Source: Octopus vulgaris
Taxonomy: Eukaryota
Reading direction: 5' to 3'
DNA: 64,000 nucleotides
Assembly (NCBI GenBank): GCA_951406725.2
Contig: OX597815.1
Coordinates: 113,398,001-113,462,000 of the forward strand
The translations under genes and the position numbers were made by a program. How positions within the stretch are numbered: the stretch's first letter is position 1; every line of letters begins with the position of its first letter. Shown one piece after another: positions 51,275-64,000 of this stretch. Under the pieces are notes generated by a model. It did not search any database, was not told where the DNA came from, and was given only the letters and a program-made list of their open reading frames with translations.

Positions 51275-51455
51275 CTGTTGTGTCTGGGGAGAGTCATTCT
51301 CTTTTGGTGCCTTATAGAGAGTCAAAACTATTGAAAAAGTTGCAAGACGGAATGAAAATTTTAGAAACATAAAAAATAAATAAGTGAAAATTTTACCCGT
51401 GAGTGTGTTGAATTATAAGGCACCAAAATAGAATGACTCTCCCCAGACACAACAG
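51275..51455. repeat. 42-bp inverted repeat with ~97-bp spacer, within an element flanked by (TA)n
   Basis: CTGTTGTGTCTGGGGAGAGTCATTCT.TTTTGGTGCCTTATA and its reverse complement. A second diverged copy of spacer+arm lies at ~51625-51752. Confidence 0.75.
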
Positions 51456-53014
51456 TATATATATATATATATATATATATACATACACACACACACACAC
51501 ACACACATACACTCAGTCCACTATGTGGGGTGATTGGTGTTAGAAAGGGCATCCAGTCGTAAAAACCATACCAAAACAGACAGAGAAGTGTGGTGCAGGC
51601 TTCTGCCTGGCCAGCTCCTGTCAACGACTATTAAAGAGGTTGCAAGAAGCAACGAAAGTTTTACAAAAGTAAATAAGTAAATGAGTGGAAATCGAACCGG
51701 TGAGTGTGTTAATTAATAAGGTATTAAAACAGAATGACTCTCCCCAGTCACAATAAAATATATGTATGTATGTACGTATGTATGTATGTATGTATGTATG
51801 TATGTATGTATGTATGTATGTATGTATGTATGTATGTATGTATGTATGTATGTATGTATAAATATGTGTGTGTGTGTGTGTTATGTATACATGTGCATAA
51901 ATTTTGTACATATATTATATAAAGTATAACAGTAACAGTAACAACAATGAATCTGCATACCAATAGGTCGTGGTGGTGGTGGTGGTGGTGGTGGTAGAAG
52001 AAATAGCAGCAGTAACTACAGCTATATTATTATCATTATTAGTTGTGATAGTTGCAACCATGGTAGTAGTAGTTGCAATAGTAGTAACTACATACATAAC
52101 AGGAAGTTAAGCAAGGAAATGGCCTGAAATATCAAGATAAGTCAAACAGTCTACCAACTGTTTACTAGTGTCAGCTTCCACTTGTTTAATTTAATCTAAA
52201 GGATTGGTTGGTTTATGTTAAAGCAGCCCACGGTCTTTTAGTTGTGATGGTGGTGGTGGTGGTGGTGGTGGACACATGGAATTGTGTTGGTGTTTGCGGT
52301 GGAAGTTATACTGATGGTGGAAGTGTTCATCTTATTGGTAGTTGTGATGGTAGAGGTGGTAGTAGTTTGTGTTAGTCATAGTAGTGTTGGTGGTGGTGAT
52401 GTAGGGGGAATTTTTTTTTTCTATTAATGTCCATTGAGCATAGATATAAATAATAAGGTAAAAGCTAAACATATCACCTTTACCATCATTATTATTGAGT
52501 GAGAGAGCAATGCATGCCATCAAAGTGACACTGGGGTACATACAAATATATGAAGCCCAATACTCCTGTCATGACTACCCATCTGATAAGAGTACACTGG
52601 GCACATGCATCACAACCATATGTGCATGACATTGTGATCTCATATCAAAATAAACAGTGCATGACCTTGCAGGTGGGGTCTCATCTAGAATTTTCTTCAG
52701 CTTGAGTAGCCCATCCTGCTCAAAAGGTTCCAAAATGTTTCCAGAGATGAATTATTCAAACTCCATATAATTCTTCTCAGCACATGGCTATGATGCTTCC
52801 CCACTACTCGTGCTCATGACAAGAGATGCACATATCATCTGCCTCTAAGGGACATGCTCAACTGGTTACAATCAAGGAACTAACAAATCAGCAGTATTCA
52901 GCAAAATATTTGTTGTTGCCCATCTTTAGTAACCAAGACAAAACAATGTACGTGATAACACTTCCAATCAGTTAAGATCAGCAGCCATTAGAGCCACTGC
53001 CTTGTACTGCATCA

Positions 53015-53412
53015 GGTCATTCTTCAGTACTTCATCCAATGTCTTTTTGGGTCTCCCAATTCCATGTGTTCCATCTAATTTGAGAGATTGGCACTTCTTT
53101 ATAGAGCTTTCGGCATCCATCTACATCACATAACCAAACCAGCACAGTCTTCTCTCTTGCACACAGCAACTAATTCCTTTTATGTCCAACTTCTCTCTCA
53201 AAACACTAGTACTCTGTTGAAGAAGTACACTTAAATTATATATTCAGTGGAGCATACTAGCCTCATTCCTTTCTAACCTTTGCATGCCTTCTGCATTCAG
53301 GGCCTACATGTATACATACATCATACAATTTTCCTTTCACTTGGAAAGAGAAACCTTTAATAGCCAACAGAGGTAACAGCACACTGAATTTCATCCATCT
53401 TATTCTTATTTT
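53015..53412 (-). pseudogene. degraded RTE ORF2 fragment
   Basis: KIRIRWMKFSVLLPLLAIKGFSFQVKGKLYD and VLREKLDIKGISCCVQERRLCWFG..GIGRPKKT, homologous to 13560-13980. Confidence 0.8.
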
Positions 53413-53434
53413 AGCTATATGAATGTGTGCGTGT

Positions 53435-53465
<31 letters not shown>

Positions 53466-53524
53466 CATGCGTGTGTGTGTGTGTGCGTGTGTGTATGTGT
53501 GTGTCTGCGTGTATAAGCACACAT

Positions 53525-53750
53525 GTGAAGGTGCATGGCTTAGTGGTTAGGATATTGGGTGCATGATCATAAGATTGTGGTTTCAGTTCCTGGATTAGAC
53601 GATGTATTCTGTTCTTGAGCAAAGCACTTCATTTCATGTTGCTCCAGTTCCCTCAGCTGGTAAGAATAGGTGATACTACAATGGACTGGCATCCCATCCA
53701 GGAAAGAATATACCTCAGAGAAACAAGGAAACATTCTCTAGGCTCCTTAT
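53525..53750 (+). mobile_element. SINE with family C head and family D-like body
   Basis: GAAGGTGCATGGCTTAGTGGTTAG..GTTCTTGAGCAAAGCAC, then ATGGACTGGCATCCCATCCAG. Confidence 0.65.
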
Positions 53751-53784
53751 GAAATAATGTGGACTAACCGTATATATATGTACA

Positions 53785-53843
<59 letters not shown>

Positions 53844-54025
53844 GTATTTATTTATTTATGTATGTATGTATGTATATATATATATGTATATCTATATGTA
53901 TGTATATATGTATGTGTATATAAAGTTAATCCAAACAGGAAAACACAAAGAGAAAACACAACAACGCGAGGACGTGGAACAAATATAGTATTATTGGACG
54001 CTCAGGAAGGAAGGGAAGAAGGAAG

Positions 54026-54060
54026 GTTTAAGGTTTCAAGCAGAGCTCTTCGTCGGAAAC
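54026..54060 (-). ncRNA. variant/decayed minimal hammerhead motif in PLE-like remnant 53922-54128
   Basis: Minus strand GTTT-CCGACGA-A-GAGC(TCT)GCTT-GAAACCTT-AAAC; stem I GTTT/AAAC. Confidence 0.55.
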
Positions 54061-54289
54061 ATAGGAGAAGGAAAGATCCAGAGAAGGGAAGACAGGGGAC
54101 AAAAAATCGCCAACGGTACACACGGGGTATATATATGCATATATGTATGTATGTATGTATGCATGTATATATATGCATATATATATATATATGCATGTAT
54201 ATATATGTATCTATATGTATATGTATATATATATGAGTATATATATGTATGTATATATATATATGTATGTATATATATATATATGTATG

Positions 54290-54320
<31 letters not shown>

Positions 54321-54386
54321 ATATGTATATGTATGTATATATATATATATGTGAGCCATATAGTGACCACTCTCTTATATTTATTT

Positions 54387-54426
<40 letters not shown>

Positions 54427-54484
54427 TATATATATATGTGTATATATATATGTATGTATATATGTATATATATGCATATATATA

Positions 54485-55191
54485 TCATCATCATCATCAT
54501 CATCGTTTAACGTCTGCCTTCCATGTTAGCATGGGTTGGAGGATTTGACTGAGGGCTGGCGAACCAGATGGCTGCACCAGGCTTCAATCTTGATCTGGCA
54601 GAGTTTCTACAGCTGGATGTCCTTCCTAGCACCAACCACTCCGAGAGTGTAGTGGGTGCTATTTACATGCCACTGGTATGGGGCCAGTCAGGCGGTACTG
54701 GCAACGACCTTGCTTGAATCTTTTACACATGCCACCAGCACAGGTGCCAGTAAAGCGATGCTGGTAACGATCACACTCAAATGGTACCTTTTACGTGCCA
54801 CTGGCATAGAGGCCAGATAGCCGCTCTGGCAACGATCACGCTCGGATGGTGCTCTTAGCCCCCTACTAGCACTGGGCTCAAGTGCCAGTAAGGCGCCACT
54901 GGTAACGATCACACTCGAATGGTACCTTTTATGTGCCACTGTCACAGAAGCCGGTTAGCCGCTCTCTCAACGATCACGCTCGTATGGTGCTCTTTGCATC
55001 CCGCTTGTACGGATACCAGTCATCGAATATTCACTTTGATTTCACTTGCCTCAACAGGTCTTCGCAAGCAGAGTTTAGTGTCCAAAGAAGGAAAAGATAT
55101 GCATAAGTGGGCTAGTTATGCCCCTGGCATAGGCCACGAGGTTATGGTCTCATTTGGCTTGCCGGGTCTTCTCAAGCACAGCATATTTCCA
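54485..55191 (-). mobile_element. RTE LINE 3' fragment
   Basis: Colinear with 45916-46630. Confidence 0.85.
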
Positions 55192-55347
55192 ATATATGTA
55201 TATACATATATACGTATGTATATATATTGTATGTATATGTATATATATATATTATGTATGTGTATATATATATTATTGTGTATATATATATATATATTAT
55301 TGTATATATATATATATTATGTATGTGTGTATATATATATATATATA

Positions 55348-57354
55348 TCATCATCATCATCATCATCATCATTTAACGTCCGCTTTCCATGCTAGCATGG
55401 GTTGGACGGTTCAACTGGGGTCTGGGGAGCCCGAAAGCTGCACCAGTCCAGTCAGATCTGGCAGTGTTTCTACAGCTGGATGCCCTTCCTAACGCCAACC
55501 ACTCCGAGAGTGTAGTGGGTGATTTTATGTGCCACCGACACAGGTGCCAGACGAGGCTGGCAAACGGCCACGCTCGGATGGTGTTTTTTATGTGCCACCG
55601 ACACAGGTGCCAGACGAGGCTGGCAGACGGCCACGCTCGGATGGTGTTTTTTATGTGCCACCGACACAGGTGCCAGACGAGGCTGGCAGACGGCCACGCT
55701 CGGATGGTGTTTTTATGTGCCACCGACACAGGTGCCAGACGAGGCTGGCAGACGGCCACGCTCGGATGGTGTTTTTATGTTCCACCGACACAGGTGCCAG
55801 ATGAGGTTGGCAAACGGCCACGATCGGATGGTGCTTGTTACGTGCCCACAGCACGGAGGCCAGTCGATGCGGTACTGGCTACGGCCACGTTCGGATGGTT
55901 TTCTTATGTGCCACGTGCCACCGGCACTGGTACCACAAAGATACAAATTCCATTGATGTTCATCTATTTTGATTTGTTTTGATTTTCACTTGCCTCAACA
56001 GGTCTTCACAAGTGTCACAAGAAGGAAGGTATGCACAGGTGGACTGACTACGTCCCAGGTAGGGGCCATGGGTTATGGCCTGACTAGTCTTGCCGGGTCT
56101 TCGGATGGTGTTTTTATGTGCCACCGACACAGGTGCTAGATGAGGCTGGCGAACGGCCACGATCGGATGGTGTTTGTCATGTGCCCACCGCACTGACTAC
56201 AGCACTGATGGATTTCTTGTGTGCCACAGGCACTGGTACCACAAGATACAAATTCCATTGATGTTCATCTATTTTGTCTATTTTGATTTGATTTGATTTG
56301 ATTTGATTTTCACTTGCCTCAACCGGTCTTCACAAGTGTCACAAGAAGGAAGGTATGCACAGGTGGACTGACTAGTCTTGCCGGGTCTTCGGAAGGTGTT
56401 TTTATGTGCCCCCGACACAGGTGCCAGATGAGGCTGGCGAACGGCCATGATCGGATGGTGTTTGTTACGTGCCCACAGCACGGAGGCCGGTCGATGCGGA
56501 ACTGGCTACGGCCACGTTCGGATGGTTCTCTTGTGTGCCACCGGCACTGGTACCACAAAGTGTGTGCCACCGGCACTGGTACCACAAATATACAGATTCC
56601 ATTGATGTTCATCTATTTTGATTTGTTTTGATTTTGATTTTCACTTGCCTCAACAGGTCTTCACAAGTGTCACAAGAAGGAAGGTATGCACAGGTGGACT
56701 GACTACGTCCCAGGTAGGGGCCATGGGTTATGGCCTGACTAGTCGTGCCGGGTCTTCGGATGGTGTTTTTATGTGCCACCGACACAGGTGCTAGATGAGG
56801 CTGGCGAACGGCCACGACCGGATGGTGTTTGTTATGTGCCCACAGCACGATGGCCAGTGATGCGGTACTGACTACGGCCACGTTCGGATGGATTCTTGTG
56901 TGCCACCGGCACTGGTACCACAAGCGGTACTGACTACGGCCACGTTCGGATGGATTCTTGTGTGCCACCGGCACTGGTACCACAAAGATACAAATTCCAT
57001 TGATGTTCATCTATTTTGATTTGTTTTGATTTGATTTTCACTTGCCTCAACAGGTCTTCACAAGTGTCACAAGAAGGAAGGTATGTACAGGTGGACTGAC
57101 TACGTCCCAGGTAGGGCCCACGGGTTATGACCTGACTAGTCTTGCCGGGTCTTCGGATGGTGTTTTTATGTGCCACCATGTTCCCACAGCACGGAGGCCA
57201 GTCGATGCGATACTGGCTACGGCCACGTTCGGATGGTTTTCTTGTGTGCCACAGGCATTGGTACCACAAAGATACAAATTCCATTGATGTTCATCTATTT
57301 TGATTGATTTTCACTTGCCTCAAGCAGGTCTTCACAAGTGTCACAAGAAGGAAG
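55348..57354 (-). mobile_element. RTE LINE 3' end with internally amplified 3'UTR array
   Basis: ~62-bp unit repeated about 5 times (55525-55835), plus a larger block recurring at ~55962, 56278, 56612, 57010 and 57294. Confidence 0.88.
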
Positions 57355-57900
57355 ATATATATATATATATAAAATGTATGTATATATATATATACATATT
57401 ATGTATGTATATGTATATATATATATATATATGTGTATGAATATATGTGTGTATGTATATATATATATATATATATTATGTATGTATATGTATATATATA
57501 TTATGTATGTATATGTATATATATATATATGGATGTATATATGTGTGTATGTATATATATATATATATATATATTATGTATGTATATGTATATATATATT
57601 ATGTATGTATATGTATATATATATATATATTCTCTATGTATATGTATATATATATACATATATATATATGTATGTATTTGTATATGTATATATATATTAT
57701 GTATGTATATGTATATATATATATATATTCTCTATGTATATGTATATATATATACATATATATATATGTATGTATGTATTTGTATATGTATATATATATT
57801 ATGTATGTATATATATTATTTATGTATTTATATATATATAATGTATGTGTGTATGAGTGTGTGTGTGTGTGTGTACATATTACGTATATGTATGGATGTA
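57355..57900. repeat. compound (TA)/(TATG) microsatellite with ~100-bp higher-order periodicity
   Basis: Marker ATTCTCTATG recurs at ~57629 and ~57727. Confidence 0.8.
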
Positions 57901-58207
57901 TGTACACCTACATATTCACGCCTTTCCACTTGAGATATCTTTCACTATCAAAGATGACCATTAGCATTAAAGATCCGGTTTATCTATGAGAACAGTTGGT
58001 GTTCCTCATTTTCAAACTCACTTTCTTTATTTATTTCATCCATCTGCTGATGCTTTACTAACATAGGTTGGGCAATTCTGTAAATTCTTATATTGTCATG
58101 AAATATTTGCAGCAGATGTTTTCAAACAACCTCTTGGTACATAAACAAAGTACTTGACTGAAGAAGCTAAATGAAAGCGATGGGCAACTGATCTTTTTTC
58201 AGCTGTT

Positions 58208-58363
58208 AATATTTAACTCTTTAGCATTTAGATTACCGTAAATTTCTGAGTATAATCTGCCCTTGAGTATAATACGCAGGGGATTTTTAGGAGACTTTAC
58301 CTCTGAAAAACCTAAACCTTGTGTATAATACATACTCCTTCTCTAACTTGAGTCATGCATAAT
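58208..58363 (+). repeat. 156-bp direct duplication (partner 58936-59091)
   Basis: Identical except TTCTGAG/TTCCGAG. Confidence 0.92.
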
Positions 58364-58480
58364 CTACTTGATCTCAGTCGAAATCAAGTAGATTTATGAT
58401 TGAAATGACTGAACTCATGACAATTCCATCTTTTTTGTAAATTATGGACTACATTGCTTAATGGGACTTCCTTTATTTAT

Positions 58481-58940
58481 ATAATAATGAAATTATTGTA
58501 TACAGTGCTCAGGTGCACCACAACTTGTCAGAAAGTGCGTATAAAGTATATGCAGTAATGTACATATGTCTGGAAAGCGAACAATGTATGAGTCAGATAC
58601 ATGCTTGTGTGTGTATGGAGGGGAGAAAATCAGGTGTAGTGTTGGCGAATCTCAGAAAGCATGGAAGTTTTGAAGGATGCAGTGCTCCGACAACTAACAA
58701 CTGATGCCGGCAGTTTGTTCCATGCTTCAGCAACTCTCAGCGTGAAAAAATGTTTCCTAAAGTCATGGGAGCTGTGCTGTTTTCTGACTTTGTAAATATG
58801 TCCATGGGTGGAGTTTGAAAAGGTGCTCAGAGTTATTGTTTGTAAGATGGTTGATAATTTTATGGGTGTCTGCCAAGTCAGCTGCCAGACGTCGGAGTTT
58901 CAATGTGTCCATACCCAGGGAAGTAAGGCATTCAGAATAT
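58481..58940 (-). mobile_element. 5'-truncated CR1-clade LINE (ORF2 end 58940-58630 + 3'UTR)
   Basis: YSECLTSLGMDTLKLRRLAADL..HGHIYKVRKQ..FRKHFFTLRVAEAWNKLPASVV..ASFK matches the CR1 ORF2 C-terminal consensus pattern. Confidence 0.88.
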
Positions 58941-59885
58941 TTAACTCTTTAGCATTTAGATTACCGTAAATTTCCGAGTATAATCTGCCCTTGAGTATAA
59001 TACGCAGGGGATTTTTAGGAGACTTTACCTCTGAAAAACCTAAACCTTGTGTATAATACATACTCCTTCTCTAACTTGAGTCATGCATAATTAAGCCAGC
59101 AGCACCTAGTCAAACAAACACTTCCACACATGCATAATACAATAATGGTGATGTTCTTAACTGTTATATGGATATGTAAATATGTTTGCAAATTGTTTTT
59201 GTTAAATGTTATTCTGTGTTCTGAATATTTTTATTTTAATAAATGTTGCTTACTGCAAGTTATGGATGATTCTTTTATGACTTCATTGCTTTCAGGCTTA
59301 GCTTAAGGTATTTTCACGCCCAACATCACAAAATGCATCTGAATAAACATTGCTGGACAGCAAATAGAGACTTGGACATTGCTTAGAAAATATTTTTCAT
59401 TTTTAACCTCGTATATAGTACGCACTAGGGATTTTGACCTTTAAATTTTGGGAAAAAAATGAGGATTTACAGTACTCTGTCAAATGTAATCCATATTTAT
59501 TCACATTGTTTTCAATTAATCATGCATTACCTTGTAGTTTAGAAATTTCAGTTGTGTGATTGTCATTCTAAACAATGGCATTGTAATGTAAGTGTGAGAG
59601 ACTGGATCTGGTTGGTTTGAACATAAAACAGGAAGAGTATTTGGGCCAGACATGATCAATTTAACCCTTTAGCATTCAAGTTTCTCTGTCAAATATAATG
59701 CTTATTTATACACATTGTTTCAAATTAATCCTGTTGTCTTGTCACTTTTAAGATTTCAATGATGTAATTGTTTACCTTTTGAATAATATTGCAAGGTAAG
59801 TGTGAGAGGCCAGATCTGGCCAGTTTGAAGATAATGCAAGTAGGTTATTTTAGCAAGATATTACTTGTCTAAATGCTAAAAGATT
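58941..59885 (+). mobile_element. two adjacent piggyBac-type MITEs, the first interrupted
   Basis: TTAACTCTTTAGCATTTAGATTA|..|CTCTGTCAAATG..; the second copy starts TTAACCCTTTAGCATTC at ~59662. Confidence 0.75.
58964..59472. mobile_element. Tc1/mariner-superfamily (CCGTA-ended) non-autonomous element
   Basis: TA|CCGTAAATTTCCGAGTATAA ... ATTTACAG|TA, inserted at the TA of the MITE sequence GATTACTCTGTC. Confidence 0.7.
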
Positions 59886-60384
59886 GTTGTGGATGCCCCC
59901 AGACGATGACGTGGGCTAGCCCAATACATAGACATAGAGGGAGAAGTCTAGATGTCGGGAGTTGAGTAGAGGTCATCCGAACATGCGATATAACAAGGGT
60001 TAAAATGGCAGAGTACAGTTTGAGGCAGATTTGCCTATTTCACACTGCTTGTGTGACCAAAGAGAAGTTCTCTGATTGCCTTTTCTATCACTAGTCACTT
60101 TATAGCATTCACAGAGTACATTTGATCATGCTACTGACTCTAAAGGGATTTTTTTTCAAACAGAACAAGAGTTCCTTCTGTTTTGTATCCATTTTAATTC
60201 AGATTTATAGCTTTACAAGATGGTTTGCCTTTAGTACAGCTTGTGAAGTCCGTGTCTTTTGTGCATTTTTCTATATAAATTTGTCTATAATGAAACAATA
60301 TACAAAGAAAAGCTGTATTTCAATTAAATTCAAAAACGCACACATATTCAGAATTCATATTTGTACATACATACATGCCTACAT

Positions 60385-60419
<35 letters not shown>

Positions 60420-60535
60420 AATATTTATGTGTATATCCTAATGTATAGAAATGGATAAAAATGTATGTGCATGTATGAAATCCTGTTTGATAGATGAAAT
60501 TCAGTGCACAGTATTTATGAAACTGATACAGATCA

Positions 60536-60580
<45 letters not shown>

Positions 60581-60955
60581 GCATACACACACATATGTAT
60601 AGTGTGTGGCATATTATTTACATGTCAAATTTTAATTGTATTTGTGCATGTGTATGTGTATATATGTATGTACCCATATAGGTGTATTTGCATGAATATA
60701 GTGTCTCTAGGTTTGTGTAGCTATGTTGTGTATGAATGCATCTATATAGGCTTATATATTATGTTTGTGATCATTGTGTGATTGTGTGTGTGTGTGTTCA
60801 TGTGTGTGTATGCATTTATATCTATCATGTTTCATTGATGTATATGTGTGCATGTTGATTTTCATAACTACATCTATGTGTGCATGTATATGCCTGTGTG
60901 ACTGTATGTGTATATACATGAATGCATGTTTATAGCACAGTATATCTGTTACACT

Positions 60956-61024
<69 letters not shown>

Positions 61025-61296
61025 TAGCATGATTAAAAGTCTTGAAATGAAGGTTCCAATCTGTTAGCTTCTCTCACCCCACGTTATGTTTATCTCTCAG
61101 TGGGTGTAACTTGATCCAAAACAACCACCCTGGCCAGATGTTCTTTGAGACACAAGCTATCTGTTAAGGAAAGCAAGCAACAAGGAAAATTTCTTCAAGC
61201 CCCTTTAGATTGACCAAGAAATTATTTTGATGCAAAGATAATTTTTCAGAACACACAGAACCTCTTCTAACAACATACAGACCCCCCTAAAAAGGC

Positions 61297-61349
<53 letters not shown>

Positions 61350-63934
61350 TGATGATGATGATAATAACAACAACAATTTTTTCTCCATATTTATTTTTGG
61401 TTTGTTTTTGTTATGCATCTATTTTACACTTTTCATACATAAATGGTAGTGTTTTGTTGGATAAAATTTTCTGTTTTTACAGCTGCAACCCTACCCTTCC
61501 TTCATCTCTTAGGTACATGATGTATGATTGGAAATGTTTTCAGTTATTCGTCTTATTCATGGGCAGAATACCATGTCTTTGGTAATGTTTTGAATTCACT
61601 GCTCATAGTCAATAAATGTATCTATTCTTGCTATTTGTCTAGAGTGCCGGACAAACAACTCCTTGTGGTATTTGATTTCACCCTATTATATTCTGAGTTT
61701 AATTCATGCCAGAATAAACTTTGTTTTCAACTTTCTGGGATTTAATAAAAAAAAAATTTAGTAATATAATGAAGTTGATTTAATTAATAATAGCGGTCCC
61801 CGATAATTGTTGTCATTGGTGCCATCACTGCCTCCACCGCCGTCATAGTTGTTATTCAAGTTCACAGAATCATCTAAGCATTGTTAAAAATACTTTGCAA
61901 TATTTGTTCTAATTCTTTACATTTTGAGTTCAACTCCTGCTGAGGACAATTTTACCCATCATTCTTTCAGGGGTCAGTAAAATAAGTACCACTTGAGTAC
62001 TGGGGTCAGTGTTATAGATTTCTGCCACCCTTTAAAATTTATTGGCCTTATGCAAAATTAGAAAGACTTATTGTTGTTGACTCCCTAATGTAAAGACATC
62101 TTTTTGATTCTACTTTCAAAACACATTCTTTTCAAGTATTACCAAATAAAATGTTTGGATTACATGTAAAATTAACTGAAATTGCTTAAGAAGAGATTGC
62201 TCTCAATACCCAGTTATCCAACAGATAAAAGAAATTTGCTTCACAAGCTTTTAAAATTTTATTTACATTTGATATTTTCACATCCAAGATGGTTACCACA
62301 CATTATTTTCCACACAACGAAGCACCACAATGGCTAAATGAACTAAATGAACCAGAAGACAAAAAAAAAAACAATTAATTGAAGATGTACCAAAGACTTA
62401 CATAATTTGGAAGACTGCAGAATAGCAACTCTTACATAATTCCAGATACTGCAGCTTGCTTATAGCAGCTGTGTAAAGGCAGGTCTTCTTTTAATAAAAA
62501 ATTAACAAAGAACTTTTTTTAGCCATTACAGTTACAAGAAAAAATGTGTAGATGAGAGAATGTTATAAAACTGCAGTATTTCTTTGCTGCAGGAGACAAT
62601 CCAGGAGAAGGAAAGAGAAAAATTATATGCCTGTACTTGCAAAAAGATGAGAGAAGTGAATAACACTTTCCTTCACATCATACTTGATACTTTTTGCAAG
62701 TGTCCCAAGTCTTCCAGAACATATGGAGAAAAACATCATCTCAGTTGAAAAAGGCAAATACTGTGGTGCTCTCTGTTGTATATACAAAACTGAAGACAGC
62801 CAAAACACAGGATTAAATTATCAAACCTCTGACTAAACATTCGCACCCCAGTATGTGGCACAAATAAATGCAAGAGTTGCAATAGGAAACACTGAATATG
62901 GTGTAGGCCCTGACTAATAGTGACTTTTATGTTTCAGTTATAGAAAATAGTGAAAGCAGGTTTAACAAAAGATGATCTATGGTGAAGGGGAATCAAAATG
63001 TACTTGTGAATCCTAATGACACCAAAAGACACAGAACCACTCTGGAAATGTGCTAAATAGAAGGCATTAAGACAAAGACCATAAGATCAATGACATAGTG
63101 CAAGAGTTTTCAACCATTTTTTTTTATCTATGGACCCCTTTACTATTTTAATCTGGTCGATTCCCATAGTCATTTGATATTTAAAAACTAGTTTTATAGA
63201 AACTTCTTTCAAAATTTCTATCAAAATTTCTACACATTAACTTGTGTAAGTTGAACTACATAAAATGTTGGAGAAAGAAACCTTGCTGTTTCTTGCAATA
63301 GGTACCAATACAGATAAATATACCCAAATACTCTGTTAAAGTAGGAAGAGAGAAAAGAGAAACAAACCACAGAAAATGAAGACTTAATATAAAACAGTAA
63401 AAACAGGTGAAAGGGAACATTTTGTTCCAAGCAACAATGAAAGATAAGAAAATGAAGACAATAAATCTGAACAGATTCACCCTGCTTTGAAAGCCAACAG
63501 TTTATTAACACATCTGTGGTACTAGAGAGTATTTTTAAAAAGTTAGAATGACACCAAAACAATCACATTCAGAATATAAACAGCATGCAATAGATAGATT
63601 ATTAGTAAAATTATAATGAAAACATTGTACCCAACTTAAAAGAGAATTCCCTCATAATGTTCTTGTTTGAAAACACTAAACCTCTTAAATGATGTTTGCT
63701 GGTGCATTCATTTGCACACAAATACAATTTAAGAAGTGATTTAGTGAATGAGGTCACTCAGTGCCCTAACTCCACCTAGCCGGAAAATTTTTCATTTCCT
63801 ATTTCCTTCAATTATTATTACATCTTATTTTAATCATGATGTGTGTAATTGCACTTATTATATCCATACAAGTATGCGTGTATGCATACATATTTATGTG
63901 TGTATTCATGTATGTAAATACGTCTATGTACATA

Positions 63935-63975
<41 letters not shown>

Positions 63976-64000
63976 ACACATGTTTGTTTACCTTTAAAAT

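Noticed and set aside
55373-57287. Repetitive ORFs up to 197 aa and a CRISPR-like look of the array
   Set aside because: The units are contiguous tandem repeats with no unique spacers, there are no cas genes, and the sequence is RTE 3'UTR
58158-58180. CTGAAGAAGCTAAATGAAAG motif
   Set aside because: No closing stems and no NUH in the right position
59890-60003. GC-richer segment with CGATGA-CG-TGGGCTAGCCCA hairpin ending AGGGTTAA
   Set aside because: Lacks a GAAA core; may be a fragment of another TTAA element, but the evidence is insufficient

Overview
AT-rich, repeat-saturated eukaryotic non-coding DNA (intergenic or deep intronic). The repeat repertoire (tRNA-derived SINEs, RTE-clade LINE tails ending in (GAT)n, very dense TA/CA/TACA/AAT microsatellites) resembles an octopus/coleoid cephalopod genome; this assignment is inference. 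I found no convincing host protein-coding exon, and nearly all listed ORFs are microsatellite or repeat artefacts. The real coding remnants are an RTE ORF2 3' end carrying a PHD-type finger (13213-14065), a Penelope-like element (PLE) C-terminus (45522-45750), a mariner N-terminus (48744-48953) and a CR1 ORF2 3' end (58630-58940). The most striking signal is about a dozen intact, decayed or truncated minimal type-I hammerhead ribozyme motifs (CUGANGA...GAAAC..NUH, with stems I and II checked by eye). They belong to several unrelated sequence families, lie mostly in inverted-repeat or palindromic elements, and are often embedded in (TA)n tracts. Among them are a head-to-head dimer of a tRNA-headed (Pol III-type) hammerhead-bearing unit (7536-8045) and a ~694-bp near-perfect palindrome (10518-11211). 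Also present: a composite Helitron, piggyBac-, hAT- and Tc1/mariner-type MITEs in nested stacks, an RTE 3'UTR expanded into a 2-kb hierarchical array, and a CR1 insertion flanked by a 156-bp duplication. All coordinates were read by eye, and ends of degraded copies are approximate.
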